Source of the DNA: an uncultured Bacilli bacterium
Lineage (GTDB): Bacteria; Bacillota_I; Bacilli_A; RF39; UBA660
Reading direction: 5' to 3'
Assembly: GCA_910579535.1 (NCBI GenBank)
Contig: CAJTUR010000003.1
Coordinates: forward strand, 111 to 64,110
DNA length: 64,000 nt
Shown: positions 48,501 through 57,456 of the stretch, piece after piece
How positions within the stretch are numbered: position 1 is the stretch's first letter
How the letters are laid out: every line of letters starts with the position of its first letter
Position numbers and translations under genes: made by a program
The notes under the pieces: generated by a model
What the model saw: the letters and a program-made list of their open reading frames with translations, nothing else
What the model was told of the DNA's origin: nothing
Database searches by the model: none

Positions 48501-50595
48501 TTGAATCGACGACTCCTAAAATAGCATTCGCAATTACGGGTACTTCTTTAGTATAAATGGTGTTGGTGCTTGTTGCTTTTGTTGCTTGATGAAGTGTTTC
48601 ATCTTGTAGCATCATTAGTCTACTTCGATACCCTGGAGAAGTAATTTTAGAACCAAGCCTTCTTGTCATGTCATACATAGGTAAGGGATAATAAGTATAG
48701 GTTTCAGCAATTTCTTCAGCTAAGCTAATTAAATCGGCTTCAGATTTTGTACTATCGTTTAGGTATAAATTTACTAATCCAATCCATGCATCTAAATTTA
48801 TTCTTTCTTCTTTTAAAGCGTCTCTATAAATTTGTTCAAGTTTTTTTGAATCATTTTTATATACCTCTTCTAATAATAAAATTAATTCCGCTTTTTCATA
48901 TTTTTCATATTCATTTTGTGCATCTTGTGAAAGTAATAAATAGGAACCGGATTGAATCGTACCATTATTAGTTGCGTATTTACTTCCCCAACCATTGATT
49001 CCACCTCCAGTAGTATTTGCCCAACCAGTTGTAACCACACTGTTGGCTAATTGCCAAGCGTATTTTCCACCACCAGCGTGATACAAATAAACATAAGCGG
49101 CATGGCCTGGTTGCCCTACAACTCGCGCTGGGTATCCCCATACACCGTATAAATTAGCGGCTGTTTTCGATAATCCTCCACAAACGGCTCCTTCTTCAAA
49201 TACAATCCATAGTTTTGGTTTACCCGCTTGATAAGTTATATGGTATTTTGAAAGATTGTATTTTTGATCCCATTGGGCATAATTATTCTGGCTATAATAT
49301 TGTGGTCTATAATAACCATAATTTAAAGTATAATTTATATATTTATAAGGATTAAAACGTTCTGCGGTGGTTGAAAATTTTTTCGAATAATCATGAAGCC
49401 ATACAATTTCTTCATCATCAATATTAGTAATCATTACTCCACGCATTTCATCTATTGTATAACTTTCAAACATGGCGTTATCTAATTGTCCATTTAAATG
49501 CATATCTTTATAGATTTGATAACGAGTTACTGCATCAGAAAATTGGTTTCCACCAATCCATAATCCAACATTAGTTGAGTGTGTTAGAGATAAAGATAAC
49601 ATCATTTTTAAATATAAATCTTTATATTTTGTTCCTAAAGAGGTTACGTTTTCATTTTCTAAATCTTCTTTATAAGTATGATATAAATCACTTAATACTT
49701 GCAAAGCTCTTTCATAAGAGCCGTTTGGTCGTCCACCTATTGTCCATAATCGAAGGGCTTCTTCATTATTTAAAAACCAATCTAATGTTTCAGAATTTTT
49801 AGAATCCTTTTCTAAGAAGGAACGAAGTTGATATTGTCCTACTCTTTTAATAAAGGTTCTTTGTAGTAAAGTAAGTTTTAAGTCACCTTCAATCGTTCCA
49901 GAAGTATAGTTCGCTTTAATTTGCTCATCAAACTCTTCAACGGTTTTCATGACATTATCGTTGTAACCTTCTTTTACTAATTTAGCGTCTCCCCATACAG
50001 CATGGTCGCTTGCATTACTCCCATTATCACTTGCATAAAGTCTGATGTAATTCGCGTCTCTTATATCAATCTTTATGTGTACAGCACTATTTATTACTTT
50101 TAATGGTGTTGGATTTTCTTCAGTACGTAACGTCCAATTTTTTCCATCAGTTGAAGTATATATATAAAATTTCACACCATTACCATTATTACCAGCTGTT
50201 GTATTTAAGCCATAATAAGTCATAAAATAATCATACTCTTTATATTGGCTAATATCATACTCTACTGTAGAAGTAGCGTGGGCAAATATTCCTTTTTTAA
50301 CAACAACGGATGCTCCATCAATGTTTAGAACTAAAGAAGCATTCGAGTTTGTTTTATCTAATCCAAGTGTTCCCCATCCTACTTGAGCTTTTTGATAAGG
50401 AATATCTGATAAATAAAGGGCATCGTTTGTTTTAATTGTGTTGTAGGCTAAAACATTTCCATTTTCTGTTCTTATTGTTTTCCTAGACTCAAAAAAATGA
50501 CAAAAGGCTAAACTCCAATAAATAGCTATGGCAAAAAATAAAATCAATAAACTTTTTGCATGCCCTATTTTAAATAAAAAAAATTTCTTTTTCAT
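45598..50595 (-). CDS. Very large membrane-anchored surface protein with NPCBM, discoidin (F5/8-C)-like and transglutaminase-like modules plus six Ig-like repeats
   Basis: The NPCBM-like segment is LYLSDIPYQKAQVGWGTLGLDK. The Cys/His core is AVCGGLSKTA..GQPGHAAYVY. F5/8-C-like is DGNINTAWHS. Six repeats of 70-80 aa end in VDWIDK. C-terminal TM, no LPxTG. Likely start is MKKKFF at 50595. Confidence 0.7.
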   Translation of the reverse strand: MKKKFFLFKIGHAKSLLILFFAIAIYWSLAFCHFFESRKTIRTENGNVLAYNTIKTNDALYLSDIPYQKAQVGWGTLGLDKTNSNASLVLNIDGASVVVKKGIFAHATSTVEYDISQYKEYDYFMTYYGLNTTAGNNGNGVKFYIYTSTDGKNWTLRTEENPTPLKVINSAVHIKIDIRDANYIRLYASDNGSNASDHAVWGDAKLVKEGYNDNVMKTVEEFDEQIKANYTSGTIEGDLKLTLLQRTFIKRVGQYQLRSFLEKDSKNSETLDWFLNNEEALRLWTIGGRPNGSYERALQVLSDLYHTYKEDLENENVTSLGTKYKDLYLKMMLSLSLTHSTNVGLWIGGNQFSDAVTRYQIYKDMHLNGQLDNAMFESYTIDEMRGVMITNIDDEEIVWLHDYSKKFSTTAERFNPYKYINYTLNYGYYRPQYYSQNNYAQWDQKYNLSKYHITYQAGKPKLWIVFEEGAVCGGLSKTAANLYGVWGYPARVVGQPGHAAYVYLYHAGGGKYAWQLANSVVTTGWANTTGGGINGWGSKYATNNGTIQSGSYLLLSQDAQNEYEKYEKAELILLLEEVYKNDSKKLEQIYRDALKEERINLDAWIGLVNLYLNDSTKSEADLISLAEEIAETYTYYPLPMYDMTRRLGSKITSPGYRSRLMMLQDETLHQATKATSTNTIYTKEVPVIANAILGVVDSRVATFSFDGANAGKIVLSKQLQSAQVTWTYSLDGGSTWIPSYEHLAQLTKDQLDSITEENDIKIHITGLPMTAENIYTIDIKKGVFPSNTVSIDDLENRIMGATDKMEWTLDPNGEWNSFADTNPTFKGDVRVYVRMLATGMNTMSEPVYFTFTTNTTSESRRYITRNNLNVIAVSGTSGGNKDNIRDGNINTAWHSYYNKNSIGQKYIPAYATIELDKPRYVSELDYVPDARATSALGNYPTGKASRLDIYVSMDGTNWELAATKSNLENNGNLKKITFDEPILAKYVRINCPSVHEQGLQYYFSIALINLYEDPSASEVPTAEINYNIIKNTNKDVVAELVDENRPITVTNNDGKTTYTFTENGEFTFEFVDRNGKKGTATAKVDWIDKVAPNANVQFSTTETTNENVVATISFDKESITILSTDIELATNPVDGSKTITFLENKSVELKFQDALGNIGTKIITVDWIDTEAPTAEFEFNTIHLTDGEVIATLIPSEEVTVTNNGGKDTYTFKDNGEFTFEFVDKAGNANTATVVVNWIAKMPKYEIKYSTTTWTNQDVKATLELEAGYRIFNNNASNEYTFTNNETFNFQFKDQNGYDGIIPVTVDWIDKDAPTAEFEFSTKEWTNKDVMVTLKPNEEVTVTNNEGKTTYTFTKNGEFTFEFVDKVGNKGSSTVKVDWIDKDAPTATIEYSTKESTEGPVVATLKPSEQVTILGKGASTYTFHENAEFTFEFIDRAGNKGYATAVVTWIKKQTNNKPGDNNTGTKPDSKPQDKPGTSSKPNTEETTKPDENTYKELTSGNVTVKIPNSILSNYNDVTLEYKKHNLNDAQINRYGEESEIFELALETKENKKVNLSNEKIEQIVKLNPNKTFEAIYVIREDGSVVKLNSRRVNNEIIFENNGLGKYLVSYKSYESDSDDTNKNNNDTPKVEETVEKKSNYFVYLVATVSILTLGGTIYLVKKKKN
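46245..47545 (-). repeat. Six tandem coding repeats (about 210-240 nt each) encoding Ig-like modules
   Basis: The protein repeat (A)PTAEFEFST..VTVTNN.GK.TYTF..NGEFTFEFVDK.GN...A.V.VDWIDK occurs six times. DNA segments such as GGCGGTTGGAGCGTCTTTGTCAATCCAATC recur at about 46437 and about 46648. Confidence 0.75.
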
Positions 50596-51018
50596 AAAAA
50601 ACTCCTCCACATCTTAAATTTATATCTTTTATCTATCTATTAAAATTATGGAATTATGCTTGTTCATAACTACATAATCTATTCTTCTTATACATTATCA
50701 TATATTATTTTAATATACAACACACTTTACATATAGAAATACAACGTTATTCAATCTATTATATGATGGAATTTAAAAAAATTTCAAAATCAAGATAGAG
50801 TTTTTTTATAAAAATTGTTGTTTATAACTTTTTATAAGAAATAAAGACCTTTAAGAATCCTTCTTCATTTTAATACGATTCTAATTGGGTCTTTTTATCA
50901 TTTTTGAAAATCATTTCCGATAAAAAGTTGATGACCCTTTCTTTTTGTTCACATTCTTTTAAGTCAACGAGTATCATTTTTTCTAGTAAAATACAAATTA
51001 AGTAAAACTTTTTTTACC

Positions 51019-51043
51019 TAAAAAAAAGAACTTTGAAGTTCTT
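51019..51043 (-). terminator. Rho-independent terminator after the 875-aa gene
   Basis: Stem AAGAACTT / AAGTTCTT (51026-51043), followed on the minus strand by T7-8. Confidence 0.65.
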
Positions 51044-51050
51044 AATTTTA

Positions 51051-53678
51051 TTAATTTGTAATTTCTATTGTTTTTGTTAGTCTAACGGTTTTGTTGTTTT
51101 TGTCTGTTGCCATTATGGCAATTTCATATTCACCCACTGGTAAAACATAATTTTGAATTTCAATGGTTACTTTTTTAGCTTCCATGTTGTTTATCATAAA
51201 CATGAGTTTAGCTGGTAAAGACCCACCATTTACAATTGAAATGGTTACATCGTCTTGAGTTATATTGTATAAAAGTTCTTCATTAAATTCTATTTTAAAA
51301 GATTTGTTTGTGTAGTCTATGTTTGTTATTTGTAAAGAGCTTTCTGATGGTGGAGCTGGTTTTTCATATTCAGGAATTTTGTAATGATCCACAAAACCAA
51401 CTCGATAATTTCCTACAGTGTCGACAAATAATGCCCAAACGCGAGTATTTTTTGTAACTTCGCTTTTACTTAAATCAAGATGAATGGTATTTGATCCCGT
51501 GTTTAGAGTTTGTTTTTGACTTTTTATTTTTCCTGTTAAGACATCGCTTGCAAAAGGCGTTGTGGAATTATAGTCATAAATACCACCATTCCATTCGTAT
51601 AGACCATAATAAACGGTTCCAGCTTCATCCGAATTAAATTTAAATTCTGCTTCGGTTTCTGATACTCTTTTTACATTATCTACCGCTCCTGTAATCACTG
51701 GTGGATTTAAATGGGTTGCGAATTCTTTTTCGATGGCTTTTTCATTTTCGTCTATTTTAATTCTTACTGTGTATTCATTATCTTTGTGACCATAATTATC
51801 TGGAATAACAATGATATAGGTTAATAAGTCAGGACTGACATAAAAAGTGGCTTCTTTGATAGTTAAACTACTATCACTTGGACAATCGATTTGAAAATCT
51901 TCTAAAGTTAATTCTCTTTCTGGAACACGATTTAATTTAAAGACAAAACGATTGCTTATTTCTTCTTTAGCGTAAATGATTTCATAGTCGCTTGGGTTTT
52001 CTTCTTTTGGTTGACTAGGTATGGTAATGGGTCCTTTTACTTTTGATAAATTTTCAAAATAACCTTCAATGACATAATACAATTGATAGCTTTCAGAAGA
52101 AACTAATCCGTTTATTGGAAGGCTATTAAAGCCAACTTTTACATTTGCAACTTGACCATTTTTCTTAATGGTTTCTTCATCTAGAGTTATTCTTTCTTTT
52201 GCGTTATCTAAAATATAATAGATTTTTCCTCCTTCATCTACGCCATAGAGTTTTAAAACAGCTTCTGTTTCAGTCAATCTTTCTATTTTAACGTTTTCTA
52301 CGGTTGGGTTAGCGTAATCGGTGTCAAACTCTTTACTGATGATGTTTCCATTTGGTAAGGTAAGATAAAGGGCGTAGGAATCATTTTTATAATAAGAGGT
52401 TGAGAGGGTGTATGTTTTTTTATCTTTTGTTGTTAGATTAAATAAAGTAATACTTTTTCCCGCATTACAAATGACTGAAAGATCTTTTAATGTTAATTCA
52501 ATTTCTTCACTTAATGTGAAAGTTACACTTCCTTGAGCATTAGAGTAAGCCTCAACAATACGTACTGATTCTTCTTGACGAATTAAAAGTTGTTCTACTT
52601 GATCGCTCACGTTTTTGTTGGTTACATTGGTATAAATTCTTGTATTATTCGCTTCAATGGTTGCATTTGTGATTGTTCCTGTTCCCGCAATAATCGTATT
52701 TTCTCCTTTATTATTTAAGTTCGTAATTTTATTTTCACCATTGATTCTTATCGTACTTTCTTCATGATTTGTAAATGTTTCTATGGGTGCGTTTACTACA
52801 ATAGTGGCCTTCTTTTGGTTAATAAGTGTGTCGATATTCTGATTTAAGGCCACATGGCCTGTTGTGTTTAGTAATACGTTTTGACTTTTAATGTTTAAGA
52901 TTACTTCAGAGCTATTATTGACTTCAATGTTGGTAACTGGATTGGTTCCATTTATTTCAACATTGCTGTTAATAGAAAGATTTTTTATTTCACTGTCAGT
53001 AACGTTAATGGTTGCTCCTTCTAAAGTTTTATTTATATTTTTAACGGTTCGGAAAAAACTAAATAGGTTGTTTCTTTTTATATTTGCTACGACCATATTT
53101 GGAATACTTGAGTTCAAAATGTCTATTTGGTATTTTCCAGGATTTTCAATTATTAATTCTTGTTTTATTTCTACTTTGTCTAAAACAATTTTGGCATGAC
53201 TTTCTATATCGGATGCTATGGATACTGTATTGTATTTTTTATTACTTAAATAATACGTTCCGTTCGTTATTAAAGTATTATCAATGATTAAATCTTCTAG
53301 TTTTTCTTCAGGCTTTGTTGGTTCTTCTGGCTTTACTGATGGTTTATCATCAGGCTTTACTGGTACAGTAGGAACACTAGGTTTTTGTTGATTGTTTGGT
53401 TTTGCTTGAGTCGTATTAGAAGGTTCTACTGGTTTTTCAGGTTCTTTTTTTTCTTCATCTGGTTTATTCTCTTCACTTGGTTCCTCATCGGTTTTAATTT
53501 CTTCCTCGTTGTTTTCTTTATTAGTGTCTTTGTCATTGTAAATTGGATTTTCTTTCTTTTCCTCTGGTTCTTGTGACGTGACCCTCTCTTTTTCTTTTCG
53601 ATTGGAGAATACTTTCATTCCTCCTGTTATTCCTAAGGCAATGACCAAAAGAATAATGATTATTTTTATTTTTTTCAT
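51051..53678 (-). CDS. Large membrane-anchored surface protein with a Pro/Glu/Lys-rich stalk
   Basis: 875 aa. N-terminal TM is IKIIIILLVIALGITGG. The stalk has low-complexity PEEKKE/KPEEPTKPEE repeats, followed by beta-rich repeats. Confidence 0.6.
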   Translation of the reverse strand: MKKIKIIIILLVIALGITGGMKVFSNRKEKERVTSQEPEEKKENPIYNDKDTNKENNEEEIKTDEEPSEENKPDEEKKEPEKPVEPSNTTQAKPNNQQKPSVPTVPVKPDDKPSVKPEEPTKPEEKLEDLIIDNTLITNGTYYLSNKKYNTVSIASDIESHAKIVLDKVEIKQELIIENPGKYQIDILNSSIPNMVVANIKRNNLFSFFRTVKNINKTLEGATINVTDSEIKNLSINSNVEINGTNPVTNIEVNNSSEVILNIKSQNVLLNTTGHVALNQNIDTLINQKKATIVVNAPIETFTNHEESTIRINGENKITNLNNKGENTIIAGTGTITNATIEANNTRIYTNVTNKNVSDQVEQLLIRQEESVRIVEAYSNAQGSVTFTLSEEIELTLKDLSVICNAGKSITLFNLTTKDKKTYTLSTSYYKNDSYALYLTLPNGNIISKEFDTDYANPTVENVKIERLTETEAVLKLYGVDEGGKIYYILDNAKERITLDEETIKKNGQVANVKVGFNSLPINGLVSSESYQLYYVIEGYFENLSKVKGPITIPSQPKEENPSDYEIIYAKEEISNRFVFKLNRVPERELTLEDFQIDCPSDSSLTIKEATFYVSPDLLTYIIVIPDNYGHKDNEYTVRIKIDENEKAIEKEFATHLNPPVITGAVDNVKRVSETEAEFKFNSDEAGTVYYGLYEWNGGIYDYNSTTPFASDVLTGKIKSQKQTLNTGSNTIHLDLSKSEVTKNTRVWALFVDTVGNYRVGFVDHYKIPEYEKPAPPSESSLQITNIDYTNKSFKIEFNEELLYNITQDDVTISIVNGGSLPAKLMFMINNMEAKKVTIEIQNYVLPVGEYEIAIMATDKNNKTVRLTKTIEITN

Positions 53679-53877
53679 AAAACTTCCTTTCCCCCATATT
53701 TATAGGACTACTTCTATTATATTTAAGCCTATTTTTTTAGTCAACACTAAAAAGGCTTTTCTAATTAAATTATATGATTTATTTAAAATAATGTATCGAG
53801 TTAATAAAATGATTAAAAGAAAGAAAAATTGGAAAAAAATTTTTCAAATCTGAAAATATAGTTATTTGCCTGTTTTT

Positions 53878-54438
53878 TTATTTTTCAGAAAAGCGTTGTG
53901 TTAATAAGTCAAATAGTTTTTTATGTTCTTCACCGTAAGGGACATATTCAGGGTCTTTGTTTTTCAATTTTGTTTGTAAATGTTCATAATTTATGTATTT
54001 TATATCGGTGACTTCTTCAACTTGTAATTTGGTATGTTCTATGTCTACATTTAAAGGAAGTAAATAAACATCATCAAAAACTTTTAATGTTGAATATTCA
54101 CATATTTGTTCTCTTTTTAGAGTGAATAAGTATTCTAATTCCTGTTCTTTTACGTTCAAATCTAACTCTTCTTTTAATTCTCGTACAGCGGTTTGTTTAC
54201 TTGTTTCTCCTTTTAATACATGACCAGCACAAGATAAGGCCCATAGATTTGGAAAGGTCTTTTTGTTAGGGTTTCTTTTTTGCATTAGAAGTTCTTTATT
54301 CTCATTTATAATCCAAATGTGAACAGTACGATACCAATACCCTTTTTGATAAATTTCTTCTTTGGTTGCGGATAAGCCAGAACTGGTTCCATCTTCATTT
54401 AAAATATCTAGTCTTTCATTCATTTCATCTGTCATCAT
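53878..54438 (-). CDS. NUDIX hydrolase (Idi-like)
   Basis: The Nudix box GHVLKGETSKQTAVRELKEELDL fits Gx5Ex7REUxEE. Confidence 0.8.
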   Translation of the reverse strand: MMTDEMNERLDILNEDGTSSGLSATKEEIYQKGYWYRTVHIWIINENKELLMQKRNPNKKTFPNLWALSCAGHVLKGETSKQTAVRELKEELDLNVKEQELEYLFTLKREQICEYSTLKVFDDVYLLPLNVDIEHTKLQVEEVTDIKYINYEHLQTKLKNKDPEYVPYGEEHKKLFDLLTQRFSEK

Positions 54439-54514
54439 TTCACCTAATATTATTATAGCATAAAAGTTAAGTGAGTCAGTTTAATGTTCATTTAAACAGG
54501 ATTCATAAATTTAT

Positions 54515-54826
54515 CTAAATTGAATTTTTTAATAACAAAAGTTTATAATCTTTTAACATAGTTTTTAATTTTTTTATTTTTAACTCATTATTTTTTTGAG
54601 CTGAATATAAATTAAAAATTTTAATGTAATGTTCATTTCTTTTTTTATAGTATTCTTTTAATTTTTTCTTTTGAAAGAAAAAGGGTTTTGCATTATTCAA
54701 ATATTCTATTTGTTGAAAAGAAAATTTTAATTGTTCTTTTATAATTTTTAAATATAGTTCTGTTTCTTTTATATCAATTTCTACAAATATTTTGATTAAT
54801 TGTACATTTAATTCGTTTTCTTTCAT
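54515..54826 (-). CDS. Hypothetical coiled-coil protein
   Basis: 103-aa ORF with no motif recognised. Confidence 0.4.
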   Translation of the reverse strand: MKENELNVQLIKIFVEIDIKETELYLKIIKEQLKFSFQQIEYLNNAKPFFFQKKKLKEYYKKRNEHYIKIFNLYSAQKNNELKIKKLKTMLKDYKLLLLKNSI

Positions 54827-54932
54827 AATTGTCCTTCTTATCTTTAAATAATTATATCACATAATATCGTAATTTTGCATAAAAAAGGAATAATAGCTTT
54901 TTGAATGGGAAAATTACACTTGGTGGTAAACT

Positions 54933-55364
54933 ATGACTTTTGAAAGATTGCTAGATATTAGAGAAGACGCTGATATGAAACAAGATGAAATGGCTGAGCT
55001 ATTAAAAACGACACAATCTAATTATTCGAGATGGGAAAACGGAAAAGAATTAATTCCATTAAAAAAACTAAATTTATTATGTAATTATTTTAATGTTAGT
55101 ATGGATTATGTTATAGGATTCACTAGAAAAAATATTCCAAATGGTAAACACGAAATAAATTTAAAAATCATTGGCAAAAATATAAAAACATTAAGAGAAA
55201 AAAATAATATCACACAGATTCAATTAGCTAAGTTATTAAATACTTCTCAATCAACTATTAGTGGAGCTGAAAATGGAAAAAATATATTGTTGATGGCTTT
55301 TGCTTTGCAAATTGTACAAGAATATCATGTTTCTCTTGATTGGCTATGTGGTAGAATAAAATAA
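54933..55364 (+). CDS. XRE-family regulator with two HTH_3 domains
   Basis: First HTH is MKQDEMAELLKTTQSNYSRWENG and the second is ITQIQLAKLLNTSQSTISGAENG. Confidence 0.8.
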   Translation: MTFERLLDIREDADMKQDEMAELLKTTQSNYSRWENGKELIPLKKLNLLCNYFNVSMDYVIGFTRKNIPNGKHEINLKIIGKNIKTLREKNNITQIQLAKLLNTSQSTISGAENGKNILLMAFALQIVQEYHVSLDWLCGRIK

Positions 55365-55386
55365 ATCGCGAAAAGGCGATTTTTTG
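55364..55386 (+). terminator. Rho-independent terminator after the XRE gene
   Basis: AATCGC-GAAAAG-GCGATT followed by TTTTTG. Confidence 0.6.
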
Positions 55387-55440
55387 TTGTTTTAAATTAA
55401 AGATTAGTTTATTAAAGGAAAAAATTTCCACCTATTTCAA

Positions 55441-55480
55441 CAAACAAATGTTTGATTTGTTATTTTTTTTCATATATAAT
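55441..55480 (+). promoter_or_regulatory. Sigma-A-type promoter of the radical SAM operon, with an overlapping palindrome CAAACAAATGTTTG
   Basis: -35 TTGATT (55452-57), a 17-nt spacer, then -10 TATAAT (55475-80). The 6+2+6 palindrome at 55441-54 overlaps the -35. Confidence 0.5.
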
Positions 55481-55499
55481 AAGTTTTGGTGATGTGCTT

Positions 55500-56714
55500 A
55501 TGGAATTAAAAGAAAAGTTGCAAATTTTAGCCGATAGTGCCAAATACGATGCTTCCTGTTCTTCTAGTGGAAGTCACCGAAAAACAACTCATGGCATTGG
55601 TAATGTAGCGGTGAGTGGTATTTGTCATTCTTTTTCTTCTGATGGAAGATGCATTTCTCTTTTAAAAATATTACTTACTAATTGTTGTATTTTTAATTGT
55701 AAGTATTGCTTAAATCGAAAAAGCAACACGATTAAAAGAGCGATTTTTACTCCAGAAGAGATTTGTGAAGTTACCATAAATTTTTATCGTCGAAATTATA
55801 TTGAAGGTTTGTTTTTAAGTTCTGGAATTGTAAAAAGTCCTGATTATACAATGGAACTTTTAATAGAAACACTACGACTTTTGAGAAAAAAATATCATTT
55901 TGGAGGCTATATTCATGCAAAAGCGATTCCTGGTGCTAGTGAAAAACTTTTAAAAGAACTGGGAAGTTTAGTTGATCGTTTAAGTGCCAATATTGAACTT
56001 CCAACCGAAAATGGGCTCAAGTTACTAGCTCCTAATAAAGATTCTTCTAAGGTTCATAAAATTATGCATTATGTTAAAACCAATCAAAACAATCAGTATG
56101 TTCCGGCGGGACAAAGTACACAAATGATTATTGGAGCGACAAAGGAAAGCGATTTAGAGATTATGGAAAAAAGTAGTCATCTTTACGATACTTATCATTT
56201 AAAAAGGGTTTTTTATTCAGCCTATATTCCAGTAAATAAAGACAGTTTACTTCCTAGTTTAGAAAAACCTCCTCTAAAAAGAGAAAATCGACTTTATCAA
56301 GCGGATTTTTTACTTCGTTTTTATCATTTTAAAGTCAAAGATTTATTAAATCCTGACAATCCAAATTTTAATATTTTGGTGGACCCAAAAGCGGATTGGG
56401 CATTAAGACATTTAGATGAATTTCCTAAAGAAGTGAATACGAGTTCCTATAATGATTTACTAAAAATACCTGGTATTGGGGTAAAATCAGCCAAAAGAAT
56501 CATTTATTCAAGACGTATTTTTAAATTGTGTTTTGATGATTTAAAGAAAATGGGTGTTGTGTTAAAAAGGGCTAAATATTTTATTACTTGTGGAGGAAAA
56601 TATTTTCTTGATTCAAGTTTGTTTAAAAAAGAATTTATCGAAAAAAATTTAGTTTTAGAAGAGTTTATTCCTGAGAAAAAAGAATTTGAACAGTTGAGGC
56701 TATTTAATGAATAA
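55500..56714 (+). CDS. Radical SAM protein of the putative DNA modification/repair type (TIGR03916-like) with a C-terminal helix-hairpin-helix
   Basis: LADSAKYDASCSSSG is a typical N-terminus for this family. The CxxxCxxC motif is CIFNCKYC. The HhH is LLKIPGIGVKSAKRII. The start at ATG 55500 (RBS GGTGAT) is preferred to the track's TTG 55452, which lies inside the promoter. Confidence 0.75.
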   Translation: MELKEKLQILADSAKYDASCSSSGSHRKTTHGIGNVAVSGICHSFSSDGRCISLLKILLTNCCIFNCKYCLNRKSNTIKRAIFTPEEICEVTINFYRRNYIEGLFLSSGIVKSPDYTMELLIETLRLLRKKYHFGGYIHAKAIPGASEKLLKELGSLVDRLSANIELPTENGLKLLAPNKDSSKVHKIMHYVKTNQNNQYVPAGQSTQMIIGATKESDLEIMEKSSHLYDTYHLKRVFYSAYIPVNKDSLLPSLEKPPLKRENRLYQADFLLRFYHFKVKDLLNPDNPNFNILVDPKADWALRHLDEFPKEVNTSSYNDLLKIPGIGVKSAKRIIYSRRIFKLCFDDLKKMGVVLKRAKYFITCGGKYFLDSSLFKKEFIEKNLVLEEFIPEKKEFEQLRLFNE

Positions 56715-57456
56715 TGGGTGTTTTATTTATGAAGATACGTTTTTAAGTCTTTTAAATTTAATTCATTATTTGTTAAAAAATGCTATTAAACCCGATAAGA
56801 TTAAAAATACTTCTTATTCTCCTAATTTGTTTGATGAAGTGGTTCATTTAACTATTTTAGAAGAAAAAGAGATTTTTAATAAAGTGATTCAATTAATCGG
56901 GTCTTATGCTGCACGAGCGCTTTATTATGTTTTTTTATCCAATGAAGAAAATAAAGAGCTCATTCTTTATTATCTTTTATTAAATGGTCAAAAGTATAAG
57001 GAAAAGATTTTGTTTCATCGCCATTTGCGTTGTGTAAGTGAAACAATCCGAATTTCAAATTACGTTGTTCATGAAGTGCATAAATATAAAGGATTTGTTC
57101 GTTTTCAAGAACTGGAAAACCATATTTTATATGCGGAGATTGAACCTGTTAATGACGTCTTGGAATTCATTTCTCTTCATTTTAAGAAAAGATTAAAAAA
57201 TGACTACTGGATTATAAAAGACGTGGGAAGAAATAGATTGAGTCTTTATGATAAAAAGAATTATTATTTGGTTTCAAGTCATGAATTTAGTCTCGAAACA
57301 ACCCTTAAAAGTCATGAAGAACAAAAGGTGGAAGAATTATGGAAAGCCTTTTATAAAACGATTGGTATACAAGAAAGAAAAAACGAACGCTGTCGGATGA
57401 ATTTTATGCCTAAAAAATATTGGAAATATATGTTAGAGATGGAGGATGAATTATGA
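56707..57456 (+). CDS. DUF4130 / TIGR03915-like putative DNA-metabolism protein, partner of the radical SAM protein
   Basis: 249 aa with an 8-nt overlap with the radical SAM gene. The size, the obligate pairing and the C-terminal KAFYKTIGIQERKNERCRMNFMPKKYWKYM segment fit the family (from memory). Confidence 0.65.
   Translation: MNNGCFIYEDTFLSLLNLIHYLLKNAIKPDKIKNTSYSPNLFDEVVHLTILEEKEIFNKVIQLIGSYAARALYYVFLSNEENKELILYYLLLNGQKYKEKILFHRHLRCVSETIRISNYVVHEVHKYKGFVRFQELENHILYAEIEPVNDVLEFISLHFKKRLKNDYWIIKDVGRNRLSLYDKKNYYLVSSHEFSLETTLKSHEEQKVEELWKAFYKTIGIQERKNERCRMNFMPKKYWKYMLEMEDEL

Noticed and set aside
50880-51000. 35-codon minus-strand ORF (MILVDLKECEQKERVINFLSEM..) in the 440-bp gap between the two giant surface-protein genes.
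   Set aside because: No clear RBS or motif. It is probably a gene remnant or a chance ORF.
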